A DNA stretch of 39,762 nucleotides from Gammaproteobacteria bacterium (lineage in GTDB: Bacteria > Pseudomonadota > Gammaproteobacteria > SZUA-229). Positions 1-9,184 of this stretch are shown one piece after another. Both the position numbers and the translations under genes were made by a program. The notes beneath the pieces are model-generated. The model searched no databases. It was not told the origin of the DNA and saw nothing but the letters and a program-made list of their open reading frames with translations. The stretch spans positions 1 to 39,762 of the forward strand of contig JAPHSZ010000022.1 in assembly GCA_026196545.1 (NCBI GenBank). Reading direction: 5' to 3'. Numbering within the stretch: position 1 is the stretch's first letter; every line of letters begins with the position of its first letter.

Positions 1-1569
1 AGTGGTCAAAATTTTATTTGCCGCTTCAAACTGCCCCTTGCGCATCAGCGCTTGTGTCGCCGTGAAATCGGCCGCAGCTGCTGTTGCTCTTGATGTCTTC
101 AGTTTTTTTTCAACTGCAAATTTATTCCAATCAGACTGGGCCAGACGCGCCCTCTCCTGCAATTCTATCGCCAGCCGCGCATTGGCGAGCAACGCCGTAT
201 AGTCCTCGGCCAGCTGTTTATAGGCCATGCCCGCCTGCGGCAGATTACCCGCCTTCAGGTCGGTCTCGGCGCCAGCCATATTTTTAGCCCACAGTTTGTG
301 TTGCGGAATGGCCGTGAGTTTCTGCTCACCCGCATAGACACCCCAGTCCTTTTTGGCTTTTATGGCCATGTCACGGTATTTGCTGACATTCATCGCACCA
401 TTCAGGAGATCGGTATAATCCTTCTCCAGACTGACCGCTTTCTCTGAAGCTGCAAGCAATTCACCGCCCGTTATTGTCTGCTGATATTGCTGATAAGCCT
501 GATCCAGGGCTTTGGCAGGCGCAATCTCGGTCAGGCTGTGTTCTTTTGCATAGACCAGCCATGCGTCTTTGGCTGTCGCCAGAGGCGGCTGCGTTGCAAG
601 CAGTGTTTCACCCGCTTGCTGCAACGCCCCATAACCCTTCAACAAAACACTGTAGCCTGCCAATGCTACTTTAAACTGCCCCTGATTCTCATCCTGATAG
701 CTGTCCTGATACCCTTTTTCTATTTTCAACGCGGGTGGTATCTGATCCCACCCCTGTTGTTTGGCCAGCGTCTGCCAGCTAGCACGTACCTTACGCACTG
801 CACGGCCATCGGTAACCACTGCCTCAGTATTCTCGGCCTGGCCCAGCATGGCAACAATGGTTGCTTTGACCGGCATCAGAGCATCGACCGCACCCTGAAT
901 ATTGTTGTCCTGCATTAGCTGCTCAGCTCCACTGATCTGATCCGGTAACTGTGCGTAAGCTGTTGTTTCATAGACCACCTTGTCAGCCAGCGTTTCAACT
1001 TCCTGCCAGTGCTCCGCCTGGCTTTCAGCAGCCATTAAAGCCTGGCTGAGTGCTGCCACATCATTACCGGGAGATTGCAACTGCTGAGTGAGGTCCTGAG
1101 CCCTGTGTAGCGAGGTCTGTCGATTATCTGCCATCTGCTGACGTATCTTTTTCAGGCGTTCCAGCAAATCACCGATTTCAGCCTGAAGCTGGGTTGCCCG
1201 TGTATCCCCGGCCTCCTGCGCGACCTGAACGGGTTCAGGCATCTGCACAACTTCCGGCTCTGGTAATTTCTCAAGCTTACCTTCCTGTTCAGCAAATTGC
1301 ATGACAGCTACACTGATACCCAACACCAGCAGCACTGCAATACCGGCCATTTTAGTTTTATTTGATTTGGTTTGTGACTGGCTCAGAGTTTGTTCAGCTA
1401 GATTTATATTATCGAGTACCTGTTGGAAGGCGAGCACCATAGTGCCGGCTGATGCTTCAGCGATTTTTGTTTCTATTTCAGCCCTTTTTTCGCTAGCTGC
1501 TACCTTTATAGCTTTTGCTGATGAGCCCGATTCCAGGCCCAGTATTCGTAATGCTTCTTCATGTGTCAT
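1..1569 (-). CDS. Hypothetical membrane-anchored protein (3'-truncated, at least 523 aa): J-domain-like N-terminus without HPD, one TM helix, 72-aa helical repeats
   Basis: Manual translation from ATG at 1569 is open to the window edge with no stop, which is probably why it is absent from the ORF track. It begins MTHEEALRILGLESGSSAKAIK, has a TM segment MAGIAVLLVLGISVAVMQFA (aa ~74-93), and has Trp-anchored repeats at nt 777, 561, 345 and 129 (216-nt spacing). Confidence 0.9.
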   Translation of the reverse strand, partial: MTHEEALRILGLESGSSAKAIKVAASEKRAEIETKIAEASAGTMVLAFQQVLDNINLAEQTLSQSQTKSNKTKMAGIAVLLVLGISVAVMQFAEQEGKLEKLPEPEVVQMPEPVQVAQEAGDTRATQLQAEIGDLLERLKKIRQQMADNRQTSLHRAQDLTQQLQSPGNDVAALSQALMAAESQAEHWQEVETLADKVVYETTAYAQLPDQISGAEQLMQDNNIQGAVDALMPVKATIVAMLGQAENTEAVVTDGRAVRKVRASWQTLAKQQGWDQIPPALKIEKGYQDSYQDENQGQFKVALAGYSVLLKGYGALQQAGETLLATQPPLATAKDAWLVYAKEHSLTEIAPAKALDQAYQQYQQTITGGELLAASEKAVSLEKDYTDLLNGAMNVSKYRDMAIKAKKDWGVYAGEQKLTAIPQHKLWAKNMAGAETDLKAGNLPQAGMAYKQLAEDYTALLANARLAIELQERARLAQSDWNKFAVEKKLKTSRATAAAADFTATQALMRKGQFEAANKILTT

Positions 1570-1774
1570 GGCAAATCTCTTTTTTAATTTTTATTTTTAA
1601 TGCACGACTCCATGTGGTTAGCTAATTTGACTAAAAGCTCATTAGATATTCATAATAAACTTAATAATTATGCTGTCTTAAAACCATAGCGGCGCTAAGA
1701 CTACAATTTTTGATTCCACTTAACAATCATTTTGTTGATACAGGTGATATGTAGCTGTCCTGGCTATTACAGAC

Positions 1775-1803
1775 AAAAAAAGACCTGCATAGCAGGCCTT
1801 TTT
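1775..1803 (-). terminator. Intrinsic terminator downstream of comEA (possibly bidirectional)
   Basis: Minus strand reads AAAAAGGCCTGC-TAT-GCAGGTCTTTTTTT: a GC stem with one G-U pair, a U-tract after it and an A-tract before it. Confidence 0.8.
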
Positions 1804-1825
1804 ATAACAGCAAAAACAGAGAAAA

Positions 1826-2089
1826 TTATTCTGTCAGAATATTGTCTGCATTTTTCTTCAAGGTGCTTTCACCAATGCCTTTGACATTTGTCAGCTCTTC
1901 CGCAGACTTGAATGGGCCATTGGCCTCACGATAGGCCACGATCGCTTCTGCCTTTTTCTCACCGACACCTACGAGTTCGGCTGATAGTGTCGCCGCATCG
2001 GCTTTATTGATATTGACCTGAGCTGCCAGTACAGAGGCAGAGATTGAAAGGAGTAAAGATAATAATACGGATTGAATGATTTTCATCAT
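1826..2089 (-). CDS. comEA: ComEA-family helix-hairpin-helix DNA-binding protein
   Basis: Signal peptide, then VNINKADAATL, GVGEKKAEAIVAYREANGPFKSAEELTNVKGIG (tandem HhH motifs). Confidence 0.93.
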   Translation of the reverse strand: MMKIIQSVLLSLLLSISASVLAAQVNINKADAATLSAELVGVGEKKAEAIVAYREANGPFKSAEELTNVKGIGESTLKKNADNILTE

Positions 2090-2139
2090 AACGCTTCCCT
2101 GTGTTGTTAATAAGAAAAGTTAAAGTATCACAGGTTTTT

Positions 2140-2838
2140 TCAGGATGCAAACCCAATATCTGCATTAATCGCTGTTAACACTCGTACCGGATCATCAGAT
2201 TGTGTAACAGGACGGCCTATCACAAGATAATTAGATCCATTCTCAATAGCGCGTTTTGGCGTCATGATACGGTTCTGGTCGTCAACACTGGCATTTTCCG
2301 GGCGTATGCCTGGTGTTACCAGCAAAAAATCACTACCACATTGCTGTTTAAGCATGGCGGCCTCCTGTGCTGAACACACCACGCCATCCAGGCCTGCCTG
2401 TTTTGCCATCATCGCCAGTCGTTTAACAAAGTCAGCAGGTGTTTCATTGATTCCCAAAGCACCCAGTTCTTTCTCACCACTGCTGGTCAGCAGAGTCACC
2501 GCAATCAACAAAGGTGCATCATCATAATTCAGCACATGGCGTGCCGCCGCCATCATCGCTGCCCCACCCATACTATGCACATTCAGCATCCAGACACCTA
2601 GCTCTGCAGCTGACTCGCAGGCTTTTGCAACCGTATTTGGAATATCATGAAATTTTAAATCCAGAAAAACATCGAATCCTGAAGCAACCAGTTTTTTTAC
2701 CAAGGAGGGGCCGCAACGGGTAAACAGCTCCTTACCCACCTTTAGGCGGCATAGCTCAGGGTCCAGTTTTTCTACCAACTGCATGGCCTTTTTTTCACCT
2801 GGAAAATCAAGTGCGACGATGACTTTTGAATGACTCAT
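2140..2838 (-). CDS. pyrF: Orotidine-5'-phosphate decarboxylase
   Basis: VIVALD, catalytic [16 protein letters not shown] and VIGRPVT motifs; follows lapB. Confidence 0.98.
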   Translation of the reverse strand: MSHSKVIVALDFPGEKKAMQLVEKLDPELCRLKVGKELFTRCGPSLVKKLVASGFDVFLDLKFHDIPNTVAKACESAAELGVWMLNVHSMGGAAMMAAARHVLNYDDAPLLIAVTLLTSSGEKELGALGINETPADFVKRLAMMAKQAGLDGVVCSAQEAAMLKQQCGSDFLLVTPGIRPENASVDDQNRIMTPKRAIENGSNYLVIGRPVTQSDDPVRVLTAINADIGFAS

Positions 2839-2841
2839 TGT

Positions 2842-4017
2842 TTATGCTGCTTCGATCATTGTAGGCTTCACTTCTGCCCAGCTCTGACAACTCGGGCATA
2901 GCCAGTAAAGGGTATTGGACTGAAAACCACAGTGGTGGCACTGAAACTCGGCATCATCCTTCTGGATTTTGACCAGCGCCGATTTCAAATCCAGCAACAA
3001 GCTGAGTTCAGCTGAATCCGCCTGATTAGATTTGTAATTAATAAGCGATTGCATACCCTTAAGGTCAGGAAACTTCCTGAGGCGGTCAGTAAGATACTCA
3101 ATAGCAGCCTCTTTACCTTTGTATCGTTCAATCACCATGGCGTGTTTTTCGATCATAGCGAGTGACTGGTGCCGCTGTTCCACATCAGCCAGGTAGCTCA
3201 ATAATTTACCAGGATCCCCAGTACGATGATAACAGTTGATAACCCTGTCGATAACCACAGGGAAAAACTCAGCATCACGTTGTTCAATCCGCTCAAAGTA
3301 GTAAACAGCCTGCTTATAATGTTGCTTCTCCATTTCATGATCAGCCAGCAAAATCAGCGCCCGGATAGAACCTTCATCATAATGCAGTGCTTGTTTAGCA
3401 TCCTGTGCCAGCTGACTGATATCACCTTTGCTCCTGGCTATTTCCGCAAGCTCGCAATAATACTGTGAGATCATTGGACCCACATCTGTTGCACCCTCTG
3501 AATATAACTTAACGGCAAATTCAATCGCCTTACGCCATTCTTTTTCCTGCTGATAAATCAATATCAGGTTTCTTTTGGCTACCTCTGAGCTGGCATCATG
3601 AATGAGCACTTCCTTAAACAGGCCCTCTGCGCGATCAAACCAGCCTGCACCCAGATAATCATAACCCAGCTCAAGCAGCACCTTGCTGCGGTACTCTTCG
3701 GGCAGTGATGGCCTGGCGATCAGGCCCTGATGAATTTTGATAGCCTTATCAATCTCGCCATTCTTACGATATATCTTGCCCAGGGCAAAATGAGTATCAA
3801 CCAGATCCCAGTCGGTTTCGACCAGTTTGACAAAGATATCGAGTGCTTTGCTGTGTTCATCATTCAGCAAATAATTGAGTCCAGTGAAATACTCAGGCGG
3901 GAGTTGTCGAATCTTGTTTTGCTTGTGTGAGTGCCTTCGCCTGCTAAACCAGAGCAGCACCAGTAAAATAAGGGGTAACAGAAATATCCACGTTGGTAAT
4001 TCAGACAGGTTTGTCAC
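2842..4017 (-). CDS. lapB: Lipopolysaccharide assembly protein B (TPR + rubredoxin domain)
   Basis: N-terminal TM, YFTGLNYLLND, TPR repeats, C-terminal CHHCGF...CPSCQSW; GTG start preceded by AGGGA. Confidence 0.95.
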   Translation of the reverse strand: MTNLSELPTWIFLLPLILLVLLWFSRRRHSHKQNKIRQLPPEYFTGLNYLLNDEHSKALDIFVKLVETDWDLVDTHFALGKIYRKNGEIDKAIKIHQGLIARPSLPEEYRSKVLLELGYDYLGAGWFDRAEGLFKEVLIHDASSEVAKRNLILIYQQEKEWRKAIEFAVKLYSEGATDVGPMISQYYCELAEIARSKGDISQLAQDAKQALHYDEGSIRALILLADHEMEKQHYKQAVYYFERIEQRDAEFFPVVIDRVINCYHRTGDPGKLLSYLADVEQRHQSLAMIEKHAMVIERYKGKEAAIEYLTDRLRKFPDLKGMQSLINYKSNQADSAELSLLLDLKSALVKIQKDDAEFQCHHCGFQSNTLYWLCPSCQSWAEVKPTMIEAA

Positions 4018-4071
4018 AACGAGATTCCCTAATTAAGATTGCTTGAAATAACCCAGCGATGAATTTAATAC

Positions 4072-4089
4072 AATACTAATACTAATACT
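4072..4089. repeat. Short tandem repeat (AATACT)x3 in the ihfB-lapB spacer
   Basis: aatactaatactaatact read directly, preceded by a partial aatac copy. Confidence 0.6.
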
Positions 4090-4129
4090 AAACAGGCGTG
4101 GGCAAATGAGTACAGCGCGTAAAGCCTGT

Positions 4130-4456
4130 CTATTCTTTTTCCTTCTTGAGAGAGTCATTAACCCGCTCTCTAAGCTCTTTACCGGGCTTAAAATGAGGCA
4201 CATGCTTGCCAGGCAATGATACTGCATCACCTGTTTTAGGGTTTCTACCAGCACGCGGTGGCCTGAAATGCAGGGAAAAACTACCAAATCCCCTGATTTC
4301 AATCCGTTCACCGTTTGACAGCGAATTACTCATCCGCCCCAAAATGCTTTTAACAGCCAGCTCTACGTCCTTGTAGGCAAGGTGTGTTTGTTTGCGTGAG
4401 ATCCGTTCGATCAATTCAGACTTCATCATTGACTTTTCTAGTGGTTCATCAGCCAT
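4130..4456 (-). CDS. ihfB: Integration host factor subunit beta
   Basis: [40 protein letters not shown]; follows rpsA. The start may be the downstream ATG at 4429. Confidence 0.97.
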   Translation of the reverse strand: MADEPLEKSMMKSELIERISRKQTHLAYKDVELAVKSILGRMSNSLSNGERIEIRGFGSFSLHFRPPRAGRNPKTGDAVSLPGKHVPHFKPGKELRERVNDSLKKEKE

Positions 4457-4521
4457 TGTATTTTGAAACCTTCCTCGATTAACTGTCTTAATTTATTACT
4501 TTTAATATGTAGCAGTAAAAA

Positions 4522-6198
4522 TTACTTTTTACCAGCATCCATCTGTTCTTTCAGCAAATCACCCAAAGTAGTAGATGTTGTTTCCTGCGACTTGGAGTAA
4601 TCCTTCATCGCTTCGGTTTCATCCTGGTAATCTTTGGCTTTTACTGAAAGATTCAGTGCGCGGCTCTTACGGTCAACGCCCATCAGCTTGGCTTCAACTT
4701 CATCACCCACTTTCAGCACTGTGCTGGCATCTTCAACGCGATCACGTGAAAGCTCTGAAGCACGTAGTGTGCCTTCTACACCATCACCCAGATCGATGAC
4801 TGCACCTTTAGCGTCAACAGACAGTACGGTGCCCTTAACGATAGCGCCTTTCTTGTACTCAGCCATGTAGGTTGAAACAGGATCCTGCTCCATCTGCTTG
4901 ATACCCAGTGAGATACGCTCACGCTCAGGGTCGATAGACAGCACAACCGCTTCGATGGTATCGCCTTTCTTGTAGTCACGAATGGCTTCAACACCTTCAA
5001 CGTCCCATGAAACATCAGACATGTGAACCAGGCCATCAATATCACCATTCAGGCCAACGAAGACACCAAAATCAGTGATCGACTTGATCACGCCTGAAAC
5101 CTTGTCACCCTTGTTGTGGGTTGCAGAGAACTCATCCCATGGGTTTGGCTTGCACTGTTTCATACCCAGTGAAATGCGGCGACGCTCAGGATCGATATCC
5201 AGAATCATCACTTCAACTTCATCACCCAGGGTTACAACATTGCCGGGGCTAACGTTCTTGTTAGTCCAGTCCATTTCAGAAACGTGAACCAGACCTTCAA
5301 CGCCGTCTTCAATTTCGACAAAACAACCATAATCGGTGATGTTGCTAACTTTACCGAACAGGCGTGAACCTTCAGGGTAGCGACGGGCAATTTCAGCCCA
5401 TGGATCTTCGCCCAGCTGTTTCAGACCAAGTGATACGCGGGTTTTCTCTTTGTCGTATTTAAGTACAACAACATCAATTTCATCACCCACTTCAACAATT
5501 TCAGAAGGATGACGAACGCGTTTCCATGCCATATCAGTGATATGCAGCAGGCCGTCGATGCCGCCCAGATCAAGGAACGCACCGTAATCGGTAAGGTTCT
5601 TAACAACACCCTTGATGGTCTTACCTTCTTCAATGCTTTCCAGCAACTGCTCACGCTCAGCGCTGTATTCAGTTTCAACAACAGCACGACGGGAAACCAC
5701 AACGTTGTTGCGTTTCTGATCCAGCTTGATTACCTTAAATTCAAGCTCTTTACCTTCCAGGTAGGAAGTGTCGCGTACGGGACGTACATCAACCAGTGAA
5801 CCAGGCAGGAACGCACGGATGTCGCCCAGCTCAACGGTGAAGCCACCTTTAACGCGACCGGTAATAAGACCTGTAATAATTTCTTCAGCTTCGAATGAAG
5901 TTTCCAGTGATTTCCATGCTCTGGCACGTTTCGCTTTCTCACGTGACAGGCGGGTTTCACCAAAACCGTCTTCAACGGCTTCTAAAACAACTTCAACATC
6001 ATCGCCAACAGCTACTTCCAGCTCACCAGCGAGGTTACAGAATTGACTCTCGGGTATAACACCCTCAGATTTCAGCCCGGCAGCAACAGTTACGTAACCA
6101 TCGTGAATATCAACAACAGTACCAGTCACGACAGTACCTGCTGTCATCTCAGTATGGGTCAGGCTTTCTTCAAATAAATCGGCAAAATTTTCAGACAT
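4522..6198 (-). CDS. rpsA: 30S ribosomal protein S1
   Basis: [12 protein letters not shown] start, six S1 repeats ([25 protein letters not shown]), 558 aa. Confidence 0.99.
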   Translation of the reverse strand: MSENFADLFEESLTHTEMTAGTVVTGTVVDIHDGYVTVAAGLKSEGVIPESQFCNLAGELEVAVGDDVEVVLEAVEDGFGETRLSREKAKRARAWKSLETSFEAEEIITGLITGRVKGGFTVELGDIRAFLPGSLVDVRPVRDTSYLEGKELEFKVIKLDQKRNNVVVSRRAVVETEYSAEREQLLESIEEGKTIKGVVKNLTDYGAFLDLGGIDGLLHITDMAWKRVRHPSEIVEVGDEIDVVVLKYDKEKTRVSLGLKQLGEDPWAEIARRYPEGSRLFGKVSNITDYGCFVEIEDGVEGLVHVSEMDWTNKNVSPGNVVTLGDEVEVMILDIDPERRRISLGMKQCKPNPWDEFSATHNKGDKVSGVIKSITDFGVFVGLNGDIDGLVHMSDVSWDVEGVEAIRDYKKGDTIEAVVLSIDPERERISLGIKQMEQDPVSTYMAEYKKGAIVKGTVLSVDAKGAVIDLGDGVEGTLRASELSRDRVEDASTVLKVGDEVEAKLMGVDRKSRALNLSVKAKDYQDETEAMKDYSKSQETTSTTLGDLLKEQMDAGKK

Positions 6199-6297
6199 AA
6201 TAAATAGATTGTATGTATACCTACCCTGTTGGACTTAGCAGTAGATAGACTAGGTTGTAGTTAAACAAATGGCCTGTGGATTGATCCCAGACCGCTA
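6199..6297 (-). promoter_or_regulatory. Putative rpsA structured leader without a Shine-Dalgarno sequence (translational autoregulation)
   Basis: Minus strand: hairpin GGTCTG-GGATCAATCC-A-CAGGCC, an AU-rich spacer, a second hairpin CCTA...TAGG, then an AU-rich stretch with no SD before ATG. This matches the known architecture of gammaproteobacterial rpsA leaders. Confidence 0.55.
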
Positions 6298-6308
6298 TTT
6301 TCAAACTC

Positions 6309-6980
6309 TCAACTAAAGTGCTGCTCAACGAGTTGCATAACCCGAACATATACCTGTTCGATACTCAAATTAGTCGTATCGATAACGATGGCATCGTCGG
6401 CTGCTAACAACGGTGAAGCTGATCGTGTTGAATCTCTTTCGTCGCGCTCATGGAGCTCGGCGGTGAGCTGCGAGAGATTAGCATCGATTCCCTTGTCTTT
6501 CAACTGCTTATATCGTCTTTTTGCGCGTTCTTCAGCACTGGCAGTAAGAAATATCTTGAGCTCGGCATCAGGAAAGACCGTGGTGCCCATATCACGCCCA
6601 TCGGCGACCAGACCGGGCGCTCTGGCAAAGGCTTTCTGCTTGTCGAGCAGGGCCTGGCGCACTTCTGGAATGGCTGCGACCTTCGATGCCAGCACCCCCG
6701 TCGCCTCGGTACGAATCGCCTGTGAGACATTTTTACCACGAAGATAAATACCCAGCGCATCGCCCGATGTTACATATTCTATTTGCATATCTCTTGCTAA
6801 ATCAGCAAGTTGCGAGACATTATCAAGGTCAGGCTCATCCCCGGCACTCAATGCCAGCAGACGATAAAGCGATCCACTATCGAGAATATGCCAGCCAAGT
6901 TTTTTCGCGACCAATAGACAGATTGTGCCTTTACCCACACCGCTGGGGCCATCCAGGGTTAATACCGGAATCTTAGTCAT
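6309..6980 (-). CDS. cmk: Cytidylate kinase
   Basis: P-loop DGPSGVGKGT, LDSGSLYR, DGRDMGT, RDERDSTR. Confidence 0.98.
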   Translation of the reverse strand: MTKIPVLTLDGPSGVGKGTICLLVAKKLGWHILDSGSLYRLLALSAGDEPDLDNVSQLADLARDMQIEYVTSGDALGIYLRGKNVSQAIRTEATGVLASKVAAIPEVRQALLDKQKAFARAPGLVADGRDMGTTVFPDAELKIFLTASAEERAKRRYKQLKDKGIDANLSQLTAELHERDERDSTRSASPLLAADDAIVIDTTNLSIEQVYVRVMQLVEQHFS

Positions 6981-8274
6981 CTAATTTAATGCCCAATCCA
7001 GCATTTGAGGCCAAATCAACAAAACCGGGGAATGAAGTATTCACATTGTCGCAGTCTTCAATCTCAACTTCACCAGATGCGCACAATGCCGCCATGGAAA
7101 AAGCCATCGCGATTCGATGGTCATCGTGGCTATGCACTGATCCAGACTGTATCGCCCCCCCCTGTATCACCATGCCATCGTCGGTGGCCTTCGCATCCAC
7201 ACCCAGAGCCTGCAGGCCTTCGGCCATCACCTGAATGCGATCACACTCTTTAACTCGTAGCTCTTCAGCACCAGTAATCACCGTTTCGCCTTCAGCACAG
7301 GCCGCGGCCACAAAAATCACCGGGAACTCATCAATAGCCAGAGGTACCAGATGCTCAGGAATTTGTGCGCCTTTTAGCTGAGCACTCTTTACCCTGATGT
7401 CTGCCACCGGTTCACCACCAGCCTCACGCTGATTTAATAATTCGATATCAGCACCCATCAACTTCAAAATATCGATGACGCCGGTTCGAGTGGGATTGAT
7501 GCCAACATGTTCAAGCGTAATATCCGAGCCATCTGCGATGCTCGCACCCACCATAAAAAAGGCAGACGATGAAATATCCGCGGGCACATCAATATCACAG
7601 GCGGTGAGTTTGGCCGGACCTTCAAGACACATGGTCGAATCATTCACATCCACAGGCACACCAAACGCTGTCAACATTCTTTCGGTATGGTCACGCGTGG
7701 GCGCGGGTTCAGTCACACAGGTTTTTCCTTCTGCATAAAGCCCCGCCAGCAAACAGCAGGATTTGACCTGGGCACTGGCCATCGGCAGTTTATAATGGAT
7801 AGCGTGCAACTGATGACCCCCTGATATTTTCAATGGTGGCCTGCCATCTGCCGCAGTTTCAACCACTGCCCCCATTTCAGCCAGCGGGTTAGTCACACGC
7901 GCCATCGGTCGTTTTGACAAAGAAGCATCACCTTTTAATTCAACATCAAAAGATAATCCTGAAAACAGGCCCGCCAGCAAACGCATAGAGGTACCGGAGT
8001 TACCTACGTCCAGTGCCTGCTCCGGTTTTTTAAGACCCTGCATACCAACACCATGTACGACAACCTTGCCGTTTTCTGGACCCTCAATTTCAACACCCAT
8101 GGCACGAAATGCACGCAGCGTATTCAGGCTGTCTTCACCTTCGAGAAAACCACTGATATGGCTCACACCTTCAGCAATCGAGCCAAACATGATTGAGCGG
8201 TGTGAAATGGATTTATCACCAGGAACACGGATATTGCCTTTCAACACACCACCATTTTGAACTGTAAATTTCAT
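6973..8274 (-). CDS. aroA: 3-phosphoshikimate 1-carboxyvinyltransferase (EPSP synthase, class II type)
   Basis: PGDKSISHRS, GNSGTSMRL, SAQVKS, RDHTERML, ELRVKE, DHRIAM. Start reset to the ATG at 8274 (MKFTVQNGG) because the track's start lies inside tyrA. Confidence 0.97.
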   Translation of the reverse strand: MKFTVQNGGVLKGNIRVPGDKSISHRSIMFGSIAEGVSHISGFLEGEDSLNTLRAFRAMGVEIEGPENGKVVVHGVGMQGLKKPEQALDVGNSGTSMRLLAGLFSGLSFDVELKGDASLSKRPMARVTNPLAEMGAVVETAADGRPPLKISGGHQLHAIHYKLPMASAQVKSCCLLAGLYAEGKTCVTEPAPTRDHTERMLTAFGVPVDVNDSTMCLEGPAKLTACDIDVPADISSSAFFMVGASIADGSDITLEHVGINPTRTGVIDILKLMGADIELLNQREAGGEPVADIRVKSAQLKGAQIPEHLVPLAIDEFPVIFVAAACAEGETVITGAEELRVKECDRIQVMAEGLQALGVDAKATDDGMVIQGGAIQSGSVHSHDDHRIAMAFSMAALCASGEVEIEDCDNVNTSFPGFVDLASNAGLGIKLDD

Positions 8275-8314
8275 TAATATTTTCCAGAAGAATCTTTTCT
8301 TAATAGAGAAATAA

Positions 8315-9184
8315 CTACTGATTATTAAATTGATCGCGTGCTTTTTTTGCACGGCTAAATATTTCGACAAGCGCATCAGCATCACTATCCTCTAAGGCAC
8401 TGCTGATCATTTGAAGTTGAGCCTGATATTTTTTCATCATCACCAGGATATCTTCACGATTACTCAAACAAATATCTCGCCACATTACCGGGTCACTCGA
8501 TGCAATACGCGTGAAGTCACGAAAGCCGCCTGCTGCAAAACGAAAAATTTCATCAACATCTTCAAGACTATTCAGACAATCGACCAGGCCAAACGCCAGA
8601 ATATGGGGCAGGTGGCTGGTGCCAGCCAGTACCATGTCATGATGCTCAGCATCCATGGTTTCAACTTCAGCACCTGCTGCCTGCCACATCTCAGTGACGA
8701 GCTGCACGGCTTCACCATCTGTGCCGTTTGTTGGCGTAAGAATGACTTTTCGATTTTCATAAAGCTCGGTAAAGGCCGCAGTGACACCACTTTTCTCCGT
8801 ACCGGAAATAGGATGACCAGCCACAAAGCGATTAGACGTCTTACCAAAAGCGACTTGCGCATCACTGATCACACTCTGCTTTGCACTACCCGCATCCGTT
8901 ACCACCGCGGTCGCTGACAAAGCCGGGGCAATTTGTTCAAATACATTTTTCATCGCGCTCAGCGGCACAGCGACGACAACTATATCGGCATCTTTCACCG
9001 CCAGTGCAAAATCAGTTTCATAGTGATCGACCACGCCCAGCTCAACTGCCTTTTTCAGCGTTGCTTCCGTTCTGCCCGCGCCAACAATCCGTCGACAAAA
9101 GCCCGATTTTTTTAATGCCAGCGCCAGAGAGCCTCCGATCAAACCAGTCCCTATAATGCACACTGTCTGTACTTTTTCTGTCAC
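8315..9184 (-). CDS. tyrA: Prephenate/arogenate (cyclohexadienyl) dehydrogenase
   Basis: Rossmann GTGLIGGS, DAGSAK, GHPISGTEKSG, SHLPH, GGFRDFTRIA. Confidence 0.95.
   Translation of the reverse strand: MTEKVQTVCIIGTGLIGGSLALALKKSGFCRRIVGAGRTEATLKKAVELGVVDHYETDFALAVKDADIVVVAVPLSAMKNVFEQIAPALSATAVVTDAGSAKQSVISDAQVAFGKTSNRFVAGHPISGTEKSGVTAAFTELYENRKVILTPTNGTDGEAVQLVTEMWQAAGAEVETMDAEHHDMVLAGTSHLPHILAFGLVDCLNSLEDVDEIFRFAAGGFRDFTRIASSDPVMWRDICLSNREDILVMMKKYQAQLQMISSALEDSDADALVEIFSRAKKARDQFNNQ

Noticed and set aside
2-1600. Short + strand ORFs (2-202, 84-287, 474-674, 487-918, 1301-1600)
   Set aside because: All lie antisense to the long minus-strand ORF 1569..<1, which has coherent domain structure.
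4033-4311. 92-aa minus-strand ORF and a hydrophobic frame (RLYALYSFAHACLVLVLVLY) as a possible lapA remnant
   Set aside because: The ORF mostly overlaps ihfB out of frame. The hydrophobic run arises from the hexamer repeat, has no start codon and shows no LapA motif.
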